A DNA stretch of 64,000 nt from a virus (taxonomy: Duplodnaviria > Heunggongvirae > Uroviricota > Caudoviricetes). How positions within the stretch are numbered: the stretch's first letter is position 1; every line of letters starts with the position of its first letter. The notes beneath the pieces were generated by a model. It was not told the DNA's origin. It did not search any database and was given only the letters and a program-made list of their open reading frames with translations. Below are positions 20,832-30,273 of the stretch, piece after piece. Made by a program: the position numbers and the translations under genes. The stretch lies in IMG/VR virus record IMGVR_UViG_3300042401_002002; one strand, written 5' to 3'.

Positions 20832-21482
20832 ATTTTTGAATAACAATATTTTATTGAAAAACCTCTCTTCATCAGATAAATTTCTTAAATTTAATTGATT
20901 GATAGAGAGGTAAATCCAATTAACTGTATTGAAAGTACTATTAAAACCTGTTTTATAGGTTATTATTATGTTAAGTTTCATAAACTATTAATTTTGTTTG
21001 AATATAAACAAACTTTTTCTGTTATGATTATTTTTTATGAATGTTATCACATCAATGTTGTGAAAACCGTTAACATTTAGATTTAAACCTGTAAGAATAA
21101 AATCATAATCTTCTAAATTAAATATTTTAAGTTTCATCTTAAAAAGATTATTAGTTTGTTATTGTCAAATTTAAATAATTTACCACCATACCATTTTTGA
21201 ATGCCAAAATAAAACCAATGGGTTTTATCAAATGGGTCAAAGTTCTGTGTGGGTTTATCAACTTGTAATTTCATCTTTTTAATATATAAATTCTATCTTT
21301 AGATAATGCGTTAATAGGTTCAGTTTTGTTGTATGCACCAAATATAAATTCAGTCATTAGTAATTCTCCTTGTTTGACATGAAAAACTAGATTATTGCAA
21401 ATGTAGTATTGTAATTTCATCTTTTAAATATAATTATTTTCCCGTTATAATAAATTTTTTGTGAAATTATTTCAAACAAATT
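20817..21482 (-). repeat. MKL microgene array 2a (4 ORFs plus the 3' half of an IS-split unit)
   Basis: ORFs 20817-20981, 20988-21137, 21134-21274, 21271-21420; 21417-21482 encodes NLFEIISQKIYYNGKIIIFKR*. Confidence 0.85.
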
Positions 21483-22897
21483 ATGTCCTAAAAACTATAC
21501 AAATTATTAAAATCTATACAATTAATTTTATAAAAGGATTGGATTTGTTGACACATATTTCAACTCGAATACGTCCCTTACTTTTATTGGGTTGAACAAT
21601 AATCCACTATCAATTATCTTACTAACGTAAGAATCAAAGACTACTTTTCTCATTATGTTAACTGCTCCGTTAACATCTGCGTTTATCAACCCTTTGGCTG
21701 ATTGAAACAAACCACGTTGAACTCTTTTGTTTACTTTAAAGAACCCATTCGGTATCGCTTCGCCATACTTATACAATTTCTCTAATATCAAACTATCTGT
21801 TTTTGAGGTATAACTTTCTTCTGTTTCAACTACTTTTATACCCACCATTTCACACTTATATTTAATCTTATTTAAGAGATTCAAATAAGAAATGTAACAA
21901 AACTTTTGGTTATTAATTCTACCAATATCAATGGAGTCCTTCCATTGTTTGTTGTAACCAACTATTAAATTACCTATCTTATTATCTACCAAATAATCTA
22001 CAATGTACCTACTTACCTTGTGATATATATCATTCAATGTGTTCTCTCTATCTACATATAAATCTTTGATTTGTTCTGTTAGACCTTTTATTTTTTGTTT
22101 ATCTTTAATTGAAGTTAATCTAGCTAATTCTTTGTTAAAGAACTGATTGTAACTTTTAATCTGATTACCGCTAAGTAAAACAGGGTTAGTTAATGAACTA
22201 ACCAAAGTTACTAAGTTATTAACACCTAAGTCAATTGAAGCGTGTTCATCGTAGTTAACATCTTTATTTTCAATATGTTTTTCATAAACAATTTCAACTT
22301 TGATGTAATTCTTTTTAGGAATCAACCTAACTTGATTAAAGTTGATTATATCTTTTTTGTATTTATCAAACTGTGGTACAGCTATTTTTAATGTTTTAGA
22401 TAAATGTATGTATCCATCATGTTTAATAATACATGATTGATTTGGATAAATTAAGTTAGATAAACTATTTTTACGTTTAAAATTAGGTAATTTAGGTTTA
22501 CCTTTATATTTAGTCGGGTTCTTTGACCAATCTCTAATAGCAGCAATGTAAGATTTAACATCTTGTTCAAGAACCTTTAATGTTTGTTGAGCAACTTGTG
22601 CTTTAAGTAATCTATAATTAACAGTACCTTCTAAATTAGTTTTACATTTCATTAACACATCTAACTGTTTATAAAACAAAAACTTACCTTCGTTATTAAG
22701 GTTTGTTTTAACTTCATAAAGAGCCTGATTGTAAAGGTTGTTAGCAACTTTACAAAGTTCAGTTAGATGAGTAGCTGTATTAATGTCAAATGTGTAAACT
22801 AATCTCATTTATTGTGTTATTAAATGTTATTTATTATAAATAGTAAAAACTATTAAATAATTTGATATATAGAATAAATTCTATATATTTGTGTGTT
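21483..22897 (-). mobile_element. tnpB-only insertion element, copy 1 (1415 bp)
   Basis: Ends defined by homology to copy 2; left-end hairpin TATAGAA-TTTA-TTCTATA; removal restores a 42 aa microgene. Confidence 0.8.
21528..22808 (-). CDS. tnpB: RNA-guided endonuclease TnpB
   Basis: NLYNQAL, SIDLGVNN (RuvC-I), EESYTSK, R..RGLF, INADVNGA (RuvC-III). Confidence 0.92.
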   Translation of the reverse strand: MRLVYTFDINTATHLTELCKVANNLYNQALYEVKTNLNNEGKFLFYKQLDVLMKCKTNLEGTVNYRLLKAQVAQQTLKVLEQDVKSYIAAIRDWSKNPTKYKGKPKLPNFKRKNSLSNLIYPNQSCIIKHDGYIHLSKTLKIAVPQFDKYKKDIINFNQVRLIPKKNYIKVEIVYEKHIENKDVNYDEHASIDLGVNNLVTLVSSLTNPVLLSGNQIKSYNQFFNKELARLTSIKDKQKIKGLTEQIKDLYVDRENTLNDIYHKVSRYIVDYLVDNKIGNLIVGYNKQWKDSIDIGRINNQKFCYISYLNLLNKIKYKCEMVGIKVVETEESYTSKTDSLILEKLYKYGEAIPNGFFKVNKRVQRGLFQSAKGLINADVNGAVNIMRKVVFDSYVSKIIDSGLLFNPIKVRDVFELKYVSTNPILL

Positions 22898-23282
22898 ATA
22901 TGTTTTTTCATCACTTCTATAACCGAATTTTGCTGAAGTGGTTAATAATTGTAATTTCATCTTTCAAAAGTCAATAACCAATTAATATGTATTTCTTTAC
23001 GTTCAAGTAATTCATCTAAACAATAAGCAAAACTGCTTGTATCGTTTTTAAATTTAAACATTAAATTGTATTTTGTTTGTAATTTCATGTTCATCTATTT
23101 TAAAATAATAAATTACGATTAAATATATGTAATTTATTTAAATCATTTTTTATTAAGTTAATATTTATTTTTCTTGTAATCTGATTAAATAAATCATCAT
23201 ATTTATTGAAATATTTATACATAACAACATTCCCACGTCTCGTTCTGATATAATATATATCTGGGATTATTTTAAGTTTCAT
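22898..23282 (-). repeat. MKL microgene array 2b (5' half of split unit plus 2 ORFs)
   Basis: 22898-22960 MKLQLLTTSAKFGYRSDEKTY; 22957-23088 MKLQTKY...NWLLTFER; 23100-23282 MKLKIIPD... Confidence 0.85.
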
Positions 23283-23285
23283 CTT

Positions 23286-23948
23286 CTAATAAGGGTAAAA
23301 TATTTCTTCTGTTTCTATTTCAACATCTTCAAATAACTTAAGTCTTTCTTTAACCGAAAAACCGTTTCCATCTGTTGGATTTATTCTTCCATTACTTGCA
23401 AGAAATTTATAGACACTATGGTAACCTATAAAACCTGCTGATAGAATTCCTGCTTTGGTTATTTTAACACCTTTAATTTTCTTACCAACATACTTACGTA
23501 TTGATTCTTTTAAATATCTATGTTCTAGTGTAAATAAATATTCTTTTATAACCTGGTCCTGTTGTTTTTCTGTAAACAAGGTTGTATCAAATATTTGAAC
23601 ATGACCCAACCATTCATCTTTAATTGTTTTAATAGACCTTTTAATTTTTTTGGTGTTAATCTCTTTAAAACCTAATTCATTTAAACTATTAACCTGGAAT
23701 TGATATTTACCAATACAACCAAATCTGTTTATTATATTTGGTCTATATCTACTTTCTAAATAAGCATTCTTTGATAAGAATGAATCAATTGTTATTATGT
23801 TCGGTTCTTCTATATGTTTTAACATATAAATAAACTGTTTATTAGTAGTTTTATATGTGTTAGCATATACTTTGTTAATTGTTCTATTGTTAGTTGCTAG
23901 TAACACTATTAATAACATTAACTTAAATTTTATAATCATCTTTAACAT
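23286..23948 (-). CDS. lysozyme-like/lytic transglycosylase with N-terminal hydrophobic segment
   Basis: AYLES...INRFGCIGKYQF catalytic Glu plus GxYQ motif; EKQQD. Confidence 0.65.
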   Translation of the reverse strand: MLKMIIKFKLMLLIVLLATNNRTINKVYANTYKTTNKQFIYMLKHIEEPNIITIDSFLSKNAYLESRYRPNIINRFGCIGKYQFQVNSLNELGFKEINTKKIKRSIKTIKDEWLGHVQIFDTTLFTEKQQDQVIKEYLFTLEHRYLKESIRKYVGKKIKGVKITKAGILSAGFIGYHSVYKFLASNGRINPTDGNGFSVKERLKLFEDVEIETEEIFYPY

Positions 23949-23982
23949 ATTCTTTTATTTTGGTTTAACATTATCCTTCTAT

Positions 23983-24009
23983 AACGTAAATATAGTTATA
24001 AAGGTTTCG
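23983..24009 (-). promoter_or_regulatory. promoter variant CGAAAC-N17-CGTT
   Basis: Same motif family, upstream of 23948. Confidence 0.5.
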
Positions 24010-24035
24010 TAATTTACAAAATAAATTTGAGAAAA

Positions 24036-24856
24036 CCTAGATATCTGATAAATTTATTTTTCAAGTTTCATAATCGATGAAAGACTATTAGTCTATTTGA
24101 GTAAGGTATTTTCGCTGTTATTATGTGGTTTTCTAAAACCTTTTCTGTAAAGAACCACCATTTTAAGTTTATTTTTTCAAGTTTCATTTTATCTATAAAA
24201 TATATGTAAAATATTTAAATTTTTATATCTTATAGAGTTATAAAGATAAAAATCGTAAACATCTTTAGTTAATAGTAAACTACTACGTTCTATGTTAAGT
24301 TTCATCTTCTGTAGGTTAATATTTTGTTAATATAAGGTTTTGGTATATAATAATTTGGTTGTTGTTCAACTAAATATTCAGCAAAAACTGAACGATTTGG
24401 TTTAAAACAATCAACAAGTGGGTTAAGTATAATTAATTTCATCTACTTAAGATTGTTAATTTATTTTTATTAAAAACAAAATTATCAATTAGTTCATCCA
24501 AACAAATAACAGAACTATCTTTGATATTTTCATGTTGAATAAATTTAAATCCTGAAATGTTAGAAAAATTATTAACCTGAAGTTTCATCTTTTGTAAATT
24601 TTTAAATAATTATGTACTGATTTAGACCCAATATTGAAATATTCTCTGTTAATAAGATAGTTGCAAATTTTATTACTATCTAACCTAAAGTGGATATATA
24701 AATTAACTATTTCTAATCTCATCTTTTGTATATTGATATATTATTTATATGTATTATAGTAGTAACTATATCTAATCCTAAAATATTTATACTTTTGTAA
24801 AGATTGTTGTTGTTATCAAACGGTATGTTTTGATTTTTGAATATAAATAATTTCAT
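24036..24856 (-). repeat. MKL microgene array 3 (6 ORFs plus an 11-codon stub)
   Basis: ORFs 24068-24187, 24189-24305, 24302-24442, 24439-24588, 24585-24722, 24719-24856; stub MKLEKINLSDI* from 24071; TAGATTTG upstream. Confidence 0.88.
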
Positions 24857-24952
24857 GTACTACTATTTTACTACAACAAATCTAATTATAATTTTTAATT
24901 AATCCAACTATTTATTTAAAATACTCTATTTAATTTAAACAAAATTTATAAC

Positions 24953-26926
24953 ATGCAAAATAAAAAACAATTAACAACTGAGGAATTGAGAGAAAGATTC
25001 TTGTTTTTATCTGGTGGTGACACTAAAAAGAATCTAAATGAATCGGTTGTAACATCAAATAGTACGTCTAAGCTATTAAAATATGAAAGAATGGCAGATG
25101 GTAAGGTTTATGGTATTGTACAAGAAGGACAAAAATTTTATATTAAAGTTTGTTCAGCTCCATCAACCAATGTATTGAATGTATCTGATTTTGTTTATTT
25201 AGGTGGTTCAATGGATAATGAGAGATTATATGAAAAATATGATTCTTATAATAAAGTTTTAACACGTTTTCACGGTAAAAAAGTGGCTTTGAATGAAACA
25301 TTTGGTCGTTTAAATGAATCAGATGATAAAGATGAATTTGAACCAATAGATGAAGAATTTGAATTAAATGGAAAAAAATACAATAGTAAATCATTTGACT
25401 CTGAAGATGAAGTTAATAATTTTTTAGAAAAAAATGACGAGTATGGTGTTATCGGTAAAAAAGGTGATAAAATATTTGTAGCTAAAAAATCAGACAAAGG
25501 TGAAGTTAATGAAGAAATTCCTTTAAATAAAGATGTTGATGCTAAAAAAGGTGAAACTATCGTACCAGCACCTGCTGAAACAACACCTGCTCCAGTAGAA
25601 ACACCTGTATCTGAACCAACAACACCAGTAGAAGCACCTGCTGCTCCTGTTTCTGCTGATGTAACTTCAGAACCAGAAGCTGTTGATAATACAGATATTG
25701 CCGATTATAACCCAGAAAATTCTACAACACCTGCTCCAGCACCTTCTGCTGATTCAGCTCCTGAAGCAAGTACAGATGTTCCAGCAACAGATACTGTAGA
25801 CGCACCTGTAGATAGTGAATCAAACACTGAAGGTTCAGACGATACAGTTTCTGAAATTCAATCATTATTAGGTAAATTAGGTGCTGAATTTAGAAAATTA
25901 CCTGAAGTTGATGCAACAACTGCTAAATCAGCAATCAATAATATTATTTCTTCAACTAAATCAGGAATCGAAAAATTAGATGATAAAGATAAAGAAGAAA
26001 TTAAAAAACGTATTGATAAAAACGGTGAAAAGATTGATGAATCAGAGAATATTGATGAAGCTTACGGTGATGAAAAAACTGGTGCTTATAAATATAAAGG
26101 TTATACAGTAAAAGTTGTTGATGTAAACGGTAAACGTGAAGTTAGTATTGCGGATGGTAAAAGTTCACCAATAACCGTTAATAAAGAAAATAAACCATTT
26201 AAAGATAGTAGTGAAGCTAATGACTATATTAATAAAAATTTAGATTCATTAGATGAAGAAGTTGAATCAACTGATGATGAGTTAGATGCTGAAACTATTA
26301 ACGAAATCACTGAATTATGTGGAATTGATTCTAAAGAAGTTGAAGAAAAACTTAACGAAGCAATTAAAACACCTTATGGTAAGTATTTGGTTAAAAAACT
26401 CATTAAAGAAGAAATGAGTAGATATCAAAGTGATGATATTGTTGCTGAAAATGATGATAAGAAAGAGGTTGAAGGTGGTTATTATAGATTTAACCCATCA
26501 ACTAAAACTTTTCAAACAACTATGATTAATAAAGAAAATGAACCGTATCCAGGTGAAGAATTTGATAAAGAAGATGATGCAATTAATCATTTAAAAAATT
26601 CAGTTACTGAACCTGTTCAAGAATCAAAATATCAAAAATATTTGGCGGCTAAAAAAAACAAATTAGTTAAAGAAGATGATGTAGTTAATAATCCAACACC
26701 TGATATACAAAAACAATTTGATGATGAAGAAAATGAAGGTTTACCTGCTGAAATCGTTGACTTATATAATAAAGGTGTTAATTTAGTACGTACTTATAAA
26801 AACTCTAAAAAAGAACACTATTATCCTATGATTATTGAAATAGTAAGAAAACTTAGAGATGCTGGTCATAGTGATAAAGCTAAAAAACTTTTACAAATGG
26901 CTAACCAGGCTATACCTAGAGCATAA
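24953..26926 (+). CDS. acidic, Pro/Ala-rich protein, likely head-internal or scaffold-like
   Basis: 657 aa, many [LIV]-x-E motifs, PAPAETT linker, two CTATTTA motifs upstream. Confidence 0.55.
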   Translation: MQNKKQLTTEELRERFLFLSGGDTKKNLNESVVTSNSTSKLLKYERMADGKVYGIVQEGQKFYIKVCSAPSTNVLNVSDFVYLGGSMDNERLYEKYDSYNKVLTRFHGKKVALNETFGRLNESDDKDEFEPIDEEFELNGKKYNSKSFDSEDEVNNFLEKNDEYGVIGKKGDKIFVAKKSDKGEVNEEIPLNKDVDAKKGETIVPAPAETTPAPVETPVSEPTTPVEAPAAPVSADVTSEPEAVDNTDIADYNPENSTTPAPAPSADSAPEASTDVPATDTVDAPVDSESNTEGSDDTVSEIQSLLGKLGAEFRKLPEVDATTAKSAINNIISSTKSGIEKLDDKDKEEIKKRIDKNGEKIDESENIDEAYGDEKTGAYKYKGYTVKVVDVNGKREVSIADGKSSPITVNKENKPFKDSSEANDYINKNLDSLDEEVESTDDELDAETINEITELCGIDSKEVEEKLNEAIKTPYGKYLVKKLIKEEMSRYQSDDIVAENDDKKEVEGGYYRFNPSTKTFQTTMINKENEPYPGEEFDKEDDAINHLKNSVTEPVQESKYQKYLAAKKNKLVKEDDVVNNPTPDIQKQFDDEENEGLPAEIVDLYNKGVNLVRTYKNSKKEHYYPMIIEIVRKLRDAGHSDKAKKLLQMANQAIPRA

Positions 26927-26956
26927 TTTTTGTCTGTTTTAATTTTGTTTTGTTTA

Positions 26957-26992
26957 AAAAAACCTCTCTTATTAATTTAAGAGAGGTTTTTT
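26957..26992. terminator. conserved terminator hairpin
   Basis: Between 24953..26926 and array 4. Confidence 0.7.
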
Positions 26993-26994
26993 GT

Positions 26995-27707
26995 TTATCT
27001 ATTAAAAATATTTAGTTTGTTTAAACTATTTCGTGAACTATTCAATAAATCGCTTAGACCGTAGGTTAATGCTGATGATTTATTATTAAATTTAAAATTT
27101 TTAGGATATATTACTATTGAAAGTTTCATCTTCTAAATATTGTTAATCGGTTTTTATTTATTTCTAAAAAATAATCTGACGATTGATAGTCACTTTTTAA
27201 TTTAACTAATAATTGGTTCCATTTATCTACAGTAAAGTTTTTAAATTTATAACCTGTGATTGTTTTTTCTATTTTAAGTTTCATCTTCCGATAATATATA
27301 AATGGTTTAACATAGGATATATGTGATAACTATCACCACGATAATCTACTGAAATCTCAAGTCCGTAAGACTGATATATTAAAGAATTTATCTTTAATGT
27401 ACTGTTATCTTGTTTTTTAAGTTTCATCTTAATAAAATTATTATTTTATTTTTCTCAAATTCGGTTAATTCTATATTATTATACAATCTGAACATTCTAC
27501 AATAAACAAAATTAGTATTATTGAAGAACATAGGTTGTTTTGGGTTAGTTTTGAAAATGAGAAGTTTCATCTTTTACCTAATATTAATAATCTATTAACT
27601 GTATGTATTAAATGTAAATCTACACGTTGTTTTTTATAAAAAAGAATAATTGTTTCATTTATAGTATGAAACTTAATATCTACATTATGGTTGATTAAAA
27701 GTTTCAT
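26995..27707 (-). repeat. MKL microgene array 4a (5 ORFs)
   Basis: ORFs 26995-27129, 27126-27284, 27281-27427, 27424-27570, 27567-27707. Confidence 0.88.
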
Positions 27708-28222
27708 AATCTATCCAATTCAAAATAAACATAATCAAATTCATTCTTTTCATCAGCAATACCTTTACCGACAACTGTTTGTTTAAATTTATCATTGAAT
27801 AATAAATTTAGGTCAATTTCACTATCAAATTCTTCAACAACTGTTTCAATTAATGTTAAGTAAACTTTGGTACATAAAGGAATAGTTTGTTTATATATTT
27901 CAGCACCACCTATAAGAAATATTTCTTTTGTTGGGTAATATACTTCTGAAATATCAATCGCTTTAGCTATTGTATCTACAATAAACAAATTATCATGTTT
28001 TAATTGTAAATGTTCTAAGTTAGATACATTTCTAGTGATAACAATATTAATTCTGTTAGGTAGTGGTTTTGAACCTAATGATTCAAATGTCTTTCTCCCC
28101 ATAATTACAACATTATCTGTTGTTAATTTTTTGAACCTTTGTAGGTCATTTGATTGTTTGAATAACAATTGGTTGTTATTGCCAATTGCACCGTTTTTGG
28201 AGATTGCTAGAATAAGTTTCAT
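27704..28222 (-). CDS. folA: dihydrofolate reductase
   Basis: IG.NN.L, DL.RFK.LT, MGRKTFES, PLPNR.NIV, IGGAEIY. Confidence 0.96.
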   Translation of the reverse strand: MKLILAISKNGAIGNNNQLLFKQSNDLQRFKKLTTDNVVIMGRKTFESLGSKPLPNRINIVITRNVSNLEHLQLKHDNLFIVDTIAKAIDISEVYYPTKEIFLIGGAEIYKQTIPLCTKVYLTLIETVVEEFDSEIDLNLLFNDKFKQTVVGKGIADEKNEFDYVYFELDRL

Positions 28223-28523
28223 CTTGTAAATATTATTAAAATATTGGGTTTTTTCCTTAAATTTTTAATACAGTTGCAAATTTTTATTTCGATATGAGTA
28301 GAATTCATTATAGGGAATAATTCTACCATATACCATTTATAAATATTAGTTATTTTATTATCAAATAATTGAACTTTTAATTTCATCTTGCGAAGATAAA
28401 TAATTGATTTCTTTTAAAGACCGTTACATTTTCTCTGTTTCCAATATTTAAATTTTTATACCAAATTTCTTTATTATTTGAAATAATTACTACCCAATTA
28501 AAACTTGTTATATCTAATTTCAT
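28219..28523 (-). repeat. MKL microgene array 4b (2 ORFs)
   Basis: 28219-28386 MKLKVQLF...NILIIFTR; 28383-28523 MKLDITSF...NQLFIFAR. Confidence 0.85.
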
Positions 28524-28526
28524 ATT

Positions 28527-28763
28527 TTACAAATGTCTGTTGCTGATTAATTGTTCCAAGTCTCTATCAAAATTAATAAACATTTCTGGGTCAGAAGATT
28601 CAATTATCATTTCTTTAAATCTTCTGATTACTAATCTATCAAACTGTTTTTGAGTTTGTTCCCTTTCTTGTTCTAATTGTTCATCGTATTGTTCTAAAAA
28701 CGTTTTCATTGTTGTATAAACTTTTATTTCAACAAATCTACAAAATAAAAAAACTCTTACCAA
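28527..28763 (-). CDS. hypothetical protein (true start probably MKTFL at 28709)
   Basis: TAGATTTG lies inside the called 5' end, favouring the downstream ATG. Confidence 0.5.
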   Translation of the reverse strand: MVRVFLFCRFVEIKVYTTMKTFLEQYDEQLEQEREQTQKQFDRLVIRRFKEMIIESSDPEMFINFDRDLEQLISNRHL

Positions 28764-28796
28764 ATATTGATAAGAGTTTTTTTATTAAAATTTATT

Positions 28797-29072
28797 TTAA
28801 ACCAATTCGTTTATTTTGTTTAAAATGTTTTGTTTGGTGGTAGCACCTGCGGAACGATGCACCACTTCATCATCTTTTAAATAAATTAAAGTAGGTACTG
28901 ACCTTATATTGTATTGTGCTGTAAGTTCAGGTTCGGCATCAATATCAATTTTGATAATTTCAACATTTTCATTACCTTCAAATTCTTTTTTTAAAGAATC
29001 AATGATAGGTGAAAGTTGTTTGCACGGTCCGCACCAAGAAGCTGCGAAGTCATATAATTTAATTTTTGACAT
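28797..29072 (-). CDS. trxA: thioredoxin
   Basis: WCGPC active site, IRSVPT. Confidence 0.95.
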   Translation of the reverse strand: MSKIKLYDFAASWCGPCKQLSPIIDSLKKEFEGNENVEIIKIDIDAEPELTAQYNIRSVPTLIYLKDDEVVHRSAGATTKQNILNKINELV

Positions 29073-29077
29073 AGTTG

Positions 29078-30157
29078 TTAGAATTTAAAATCACCAAAGT
29101 TTGTACTATCTAAATCTTGTTTAAATGAACCAACAACGTAACTAGTTTTTTCAGTTTCTTGCGGTGCTTCTTGAACATTTGTGCTTCCGGTCCAGTTGTT
29201 CATCCAAGTTAAAGGGTTTTCTGTGTTCTCGAATATTGATTTTAACCCAATAGCTTTCATTCTTCTATTGGTTAAATGTTTCATGTACTTAATAAGTAAC
29301 TCAGCATTTAATCCTAACATTGAACCACCTTCAAATAAGTATTTTGCCCATTCCATTTCTTCCTCAGCAGCATCTTTAAACATTTTGATAACAATTGGTT
29401 CACAATCTTTAATTACTTCTTGGAAACCTTCAGATTCATTGTTTCTAAGTAACATAATCATTTTTTGTGTACCTGCTAAATGACAATTTTCATCACGAGA
29501 AATTAACTTAATAATTTTAGCATTACCTTCCATTTTTTTATTTTCAGCAAAAGCAAATGAACAAGCAAATGAAACATAGAACCTAATACCCTCTAAGATG
29601 TTAATTGACATAATAGTAAGGTAAAGTTTCTTTCTTTTCTCATAATCACTATCATCAGATAATGAATTAATTAATTCATCATAATAAGATGTAACTGATG
29701 TGGTTCTTTTTATGATTTCAGTATCCTTTAAAATATTATCAAATACTTCAGTTGGGTTTGGGTAAATATTCTTAATAATATAAGAATACGAATAACTATG
29801 AAGTGTTTCAAAATATTGCCAAGCACTACCAAATAATTCAATTTCAGGATTAGATGTATTTTCAGTAATATGTTTAATACCTCTACTTTGAATTGAATCT
29901 AAAAGAATTTGATAACTTAAGTTCTTAGTAAATATGAATTTTTCATGGTCACTTAGTGTGTTAAAATCACCTCTATCTTTTTGAATATCCACTTCTTCTG
30001 GTCTCCAAGAAAAAGAAAGTTGTTTTAAGTAAAGGTCATAAAAGATAGGGTTTTTAACCTTATCATATCTTTGTAAATTTAAACTTTTACCAAAAAACAT
30101 AGGTTCTTTAGTGAAATCAACTAAATCTAAGTTGATAATGTGTTTTTTGTCTTCCAT
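29078..30157 (-). CDS. nrdB: ribonucleotide reductase class Ia beta subunit
   Basis: WRPEE, LLDSIQ, ETLHSYSY, LEGIRFYVSF, RDENCH. Confidence 0.96.
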   Translation of the reverse strand: MEDKKHIINLDLVDFTKEPMFFGKSLNLQRYDKVKNPIFYDLYLKQLSFSWRPEEVDIQKDRGDFNTLSDHEKFIFTKNLSYQILLDSIQSRGIKHITENTSNPEIELFGSAWQYFETLHSYSYSYIIKNIYPNPTEVFDNILKDTEIIKRTTSVTSYYDELINSLSDDSDYEKRKKLYLTIMSINILEGIRFYVSFACSFAFAENKKMEGNAKIIKLISRDENCHLAGTQKMIMLLRNNESEGFQEVIKDCEPIVIKMFKDAAEEEMEWAKYLFEGGSMLGLNAELLIKYMKHLTNRRMKAIGLKSIFENTENPLTWMNNWTGSTNVQEAPQETEKTSYVVGSFKQDLDSTNFGDFKF

Positions 30158-30273
30158 TTGTAATTTAGGTTTTAAATTAATGTTAATTAAAATGGGTTAG
30201 ATTTAATATCTAACCCATTTGTAAGTGCAAATATAATAGTTTAAATTAATAAACCAAAATTATTTCGTTATTT

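Noticed and set aside
20895-21080. Plus-strand ORF in the track (also 33464..33676)
   Set aside because: Antisense shadows of minus-strand microgenes
21483-22897. IStron (self-splicing tnpB element)
   Set aside because: Left end is only about 90 nt, too short for a group I intron, and copy 2 is antisense to the gene it interrupts
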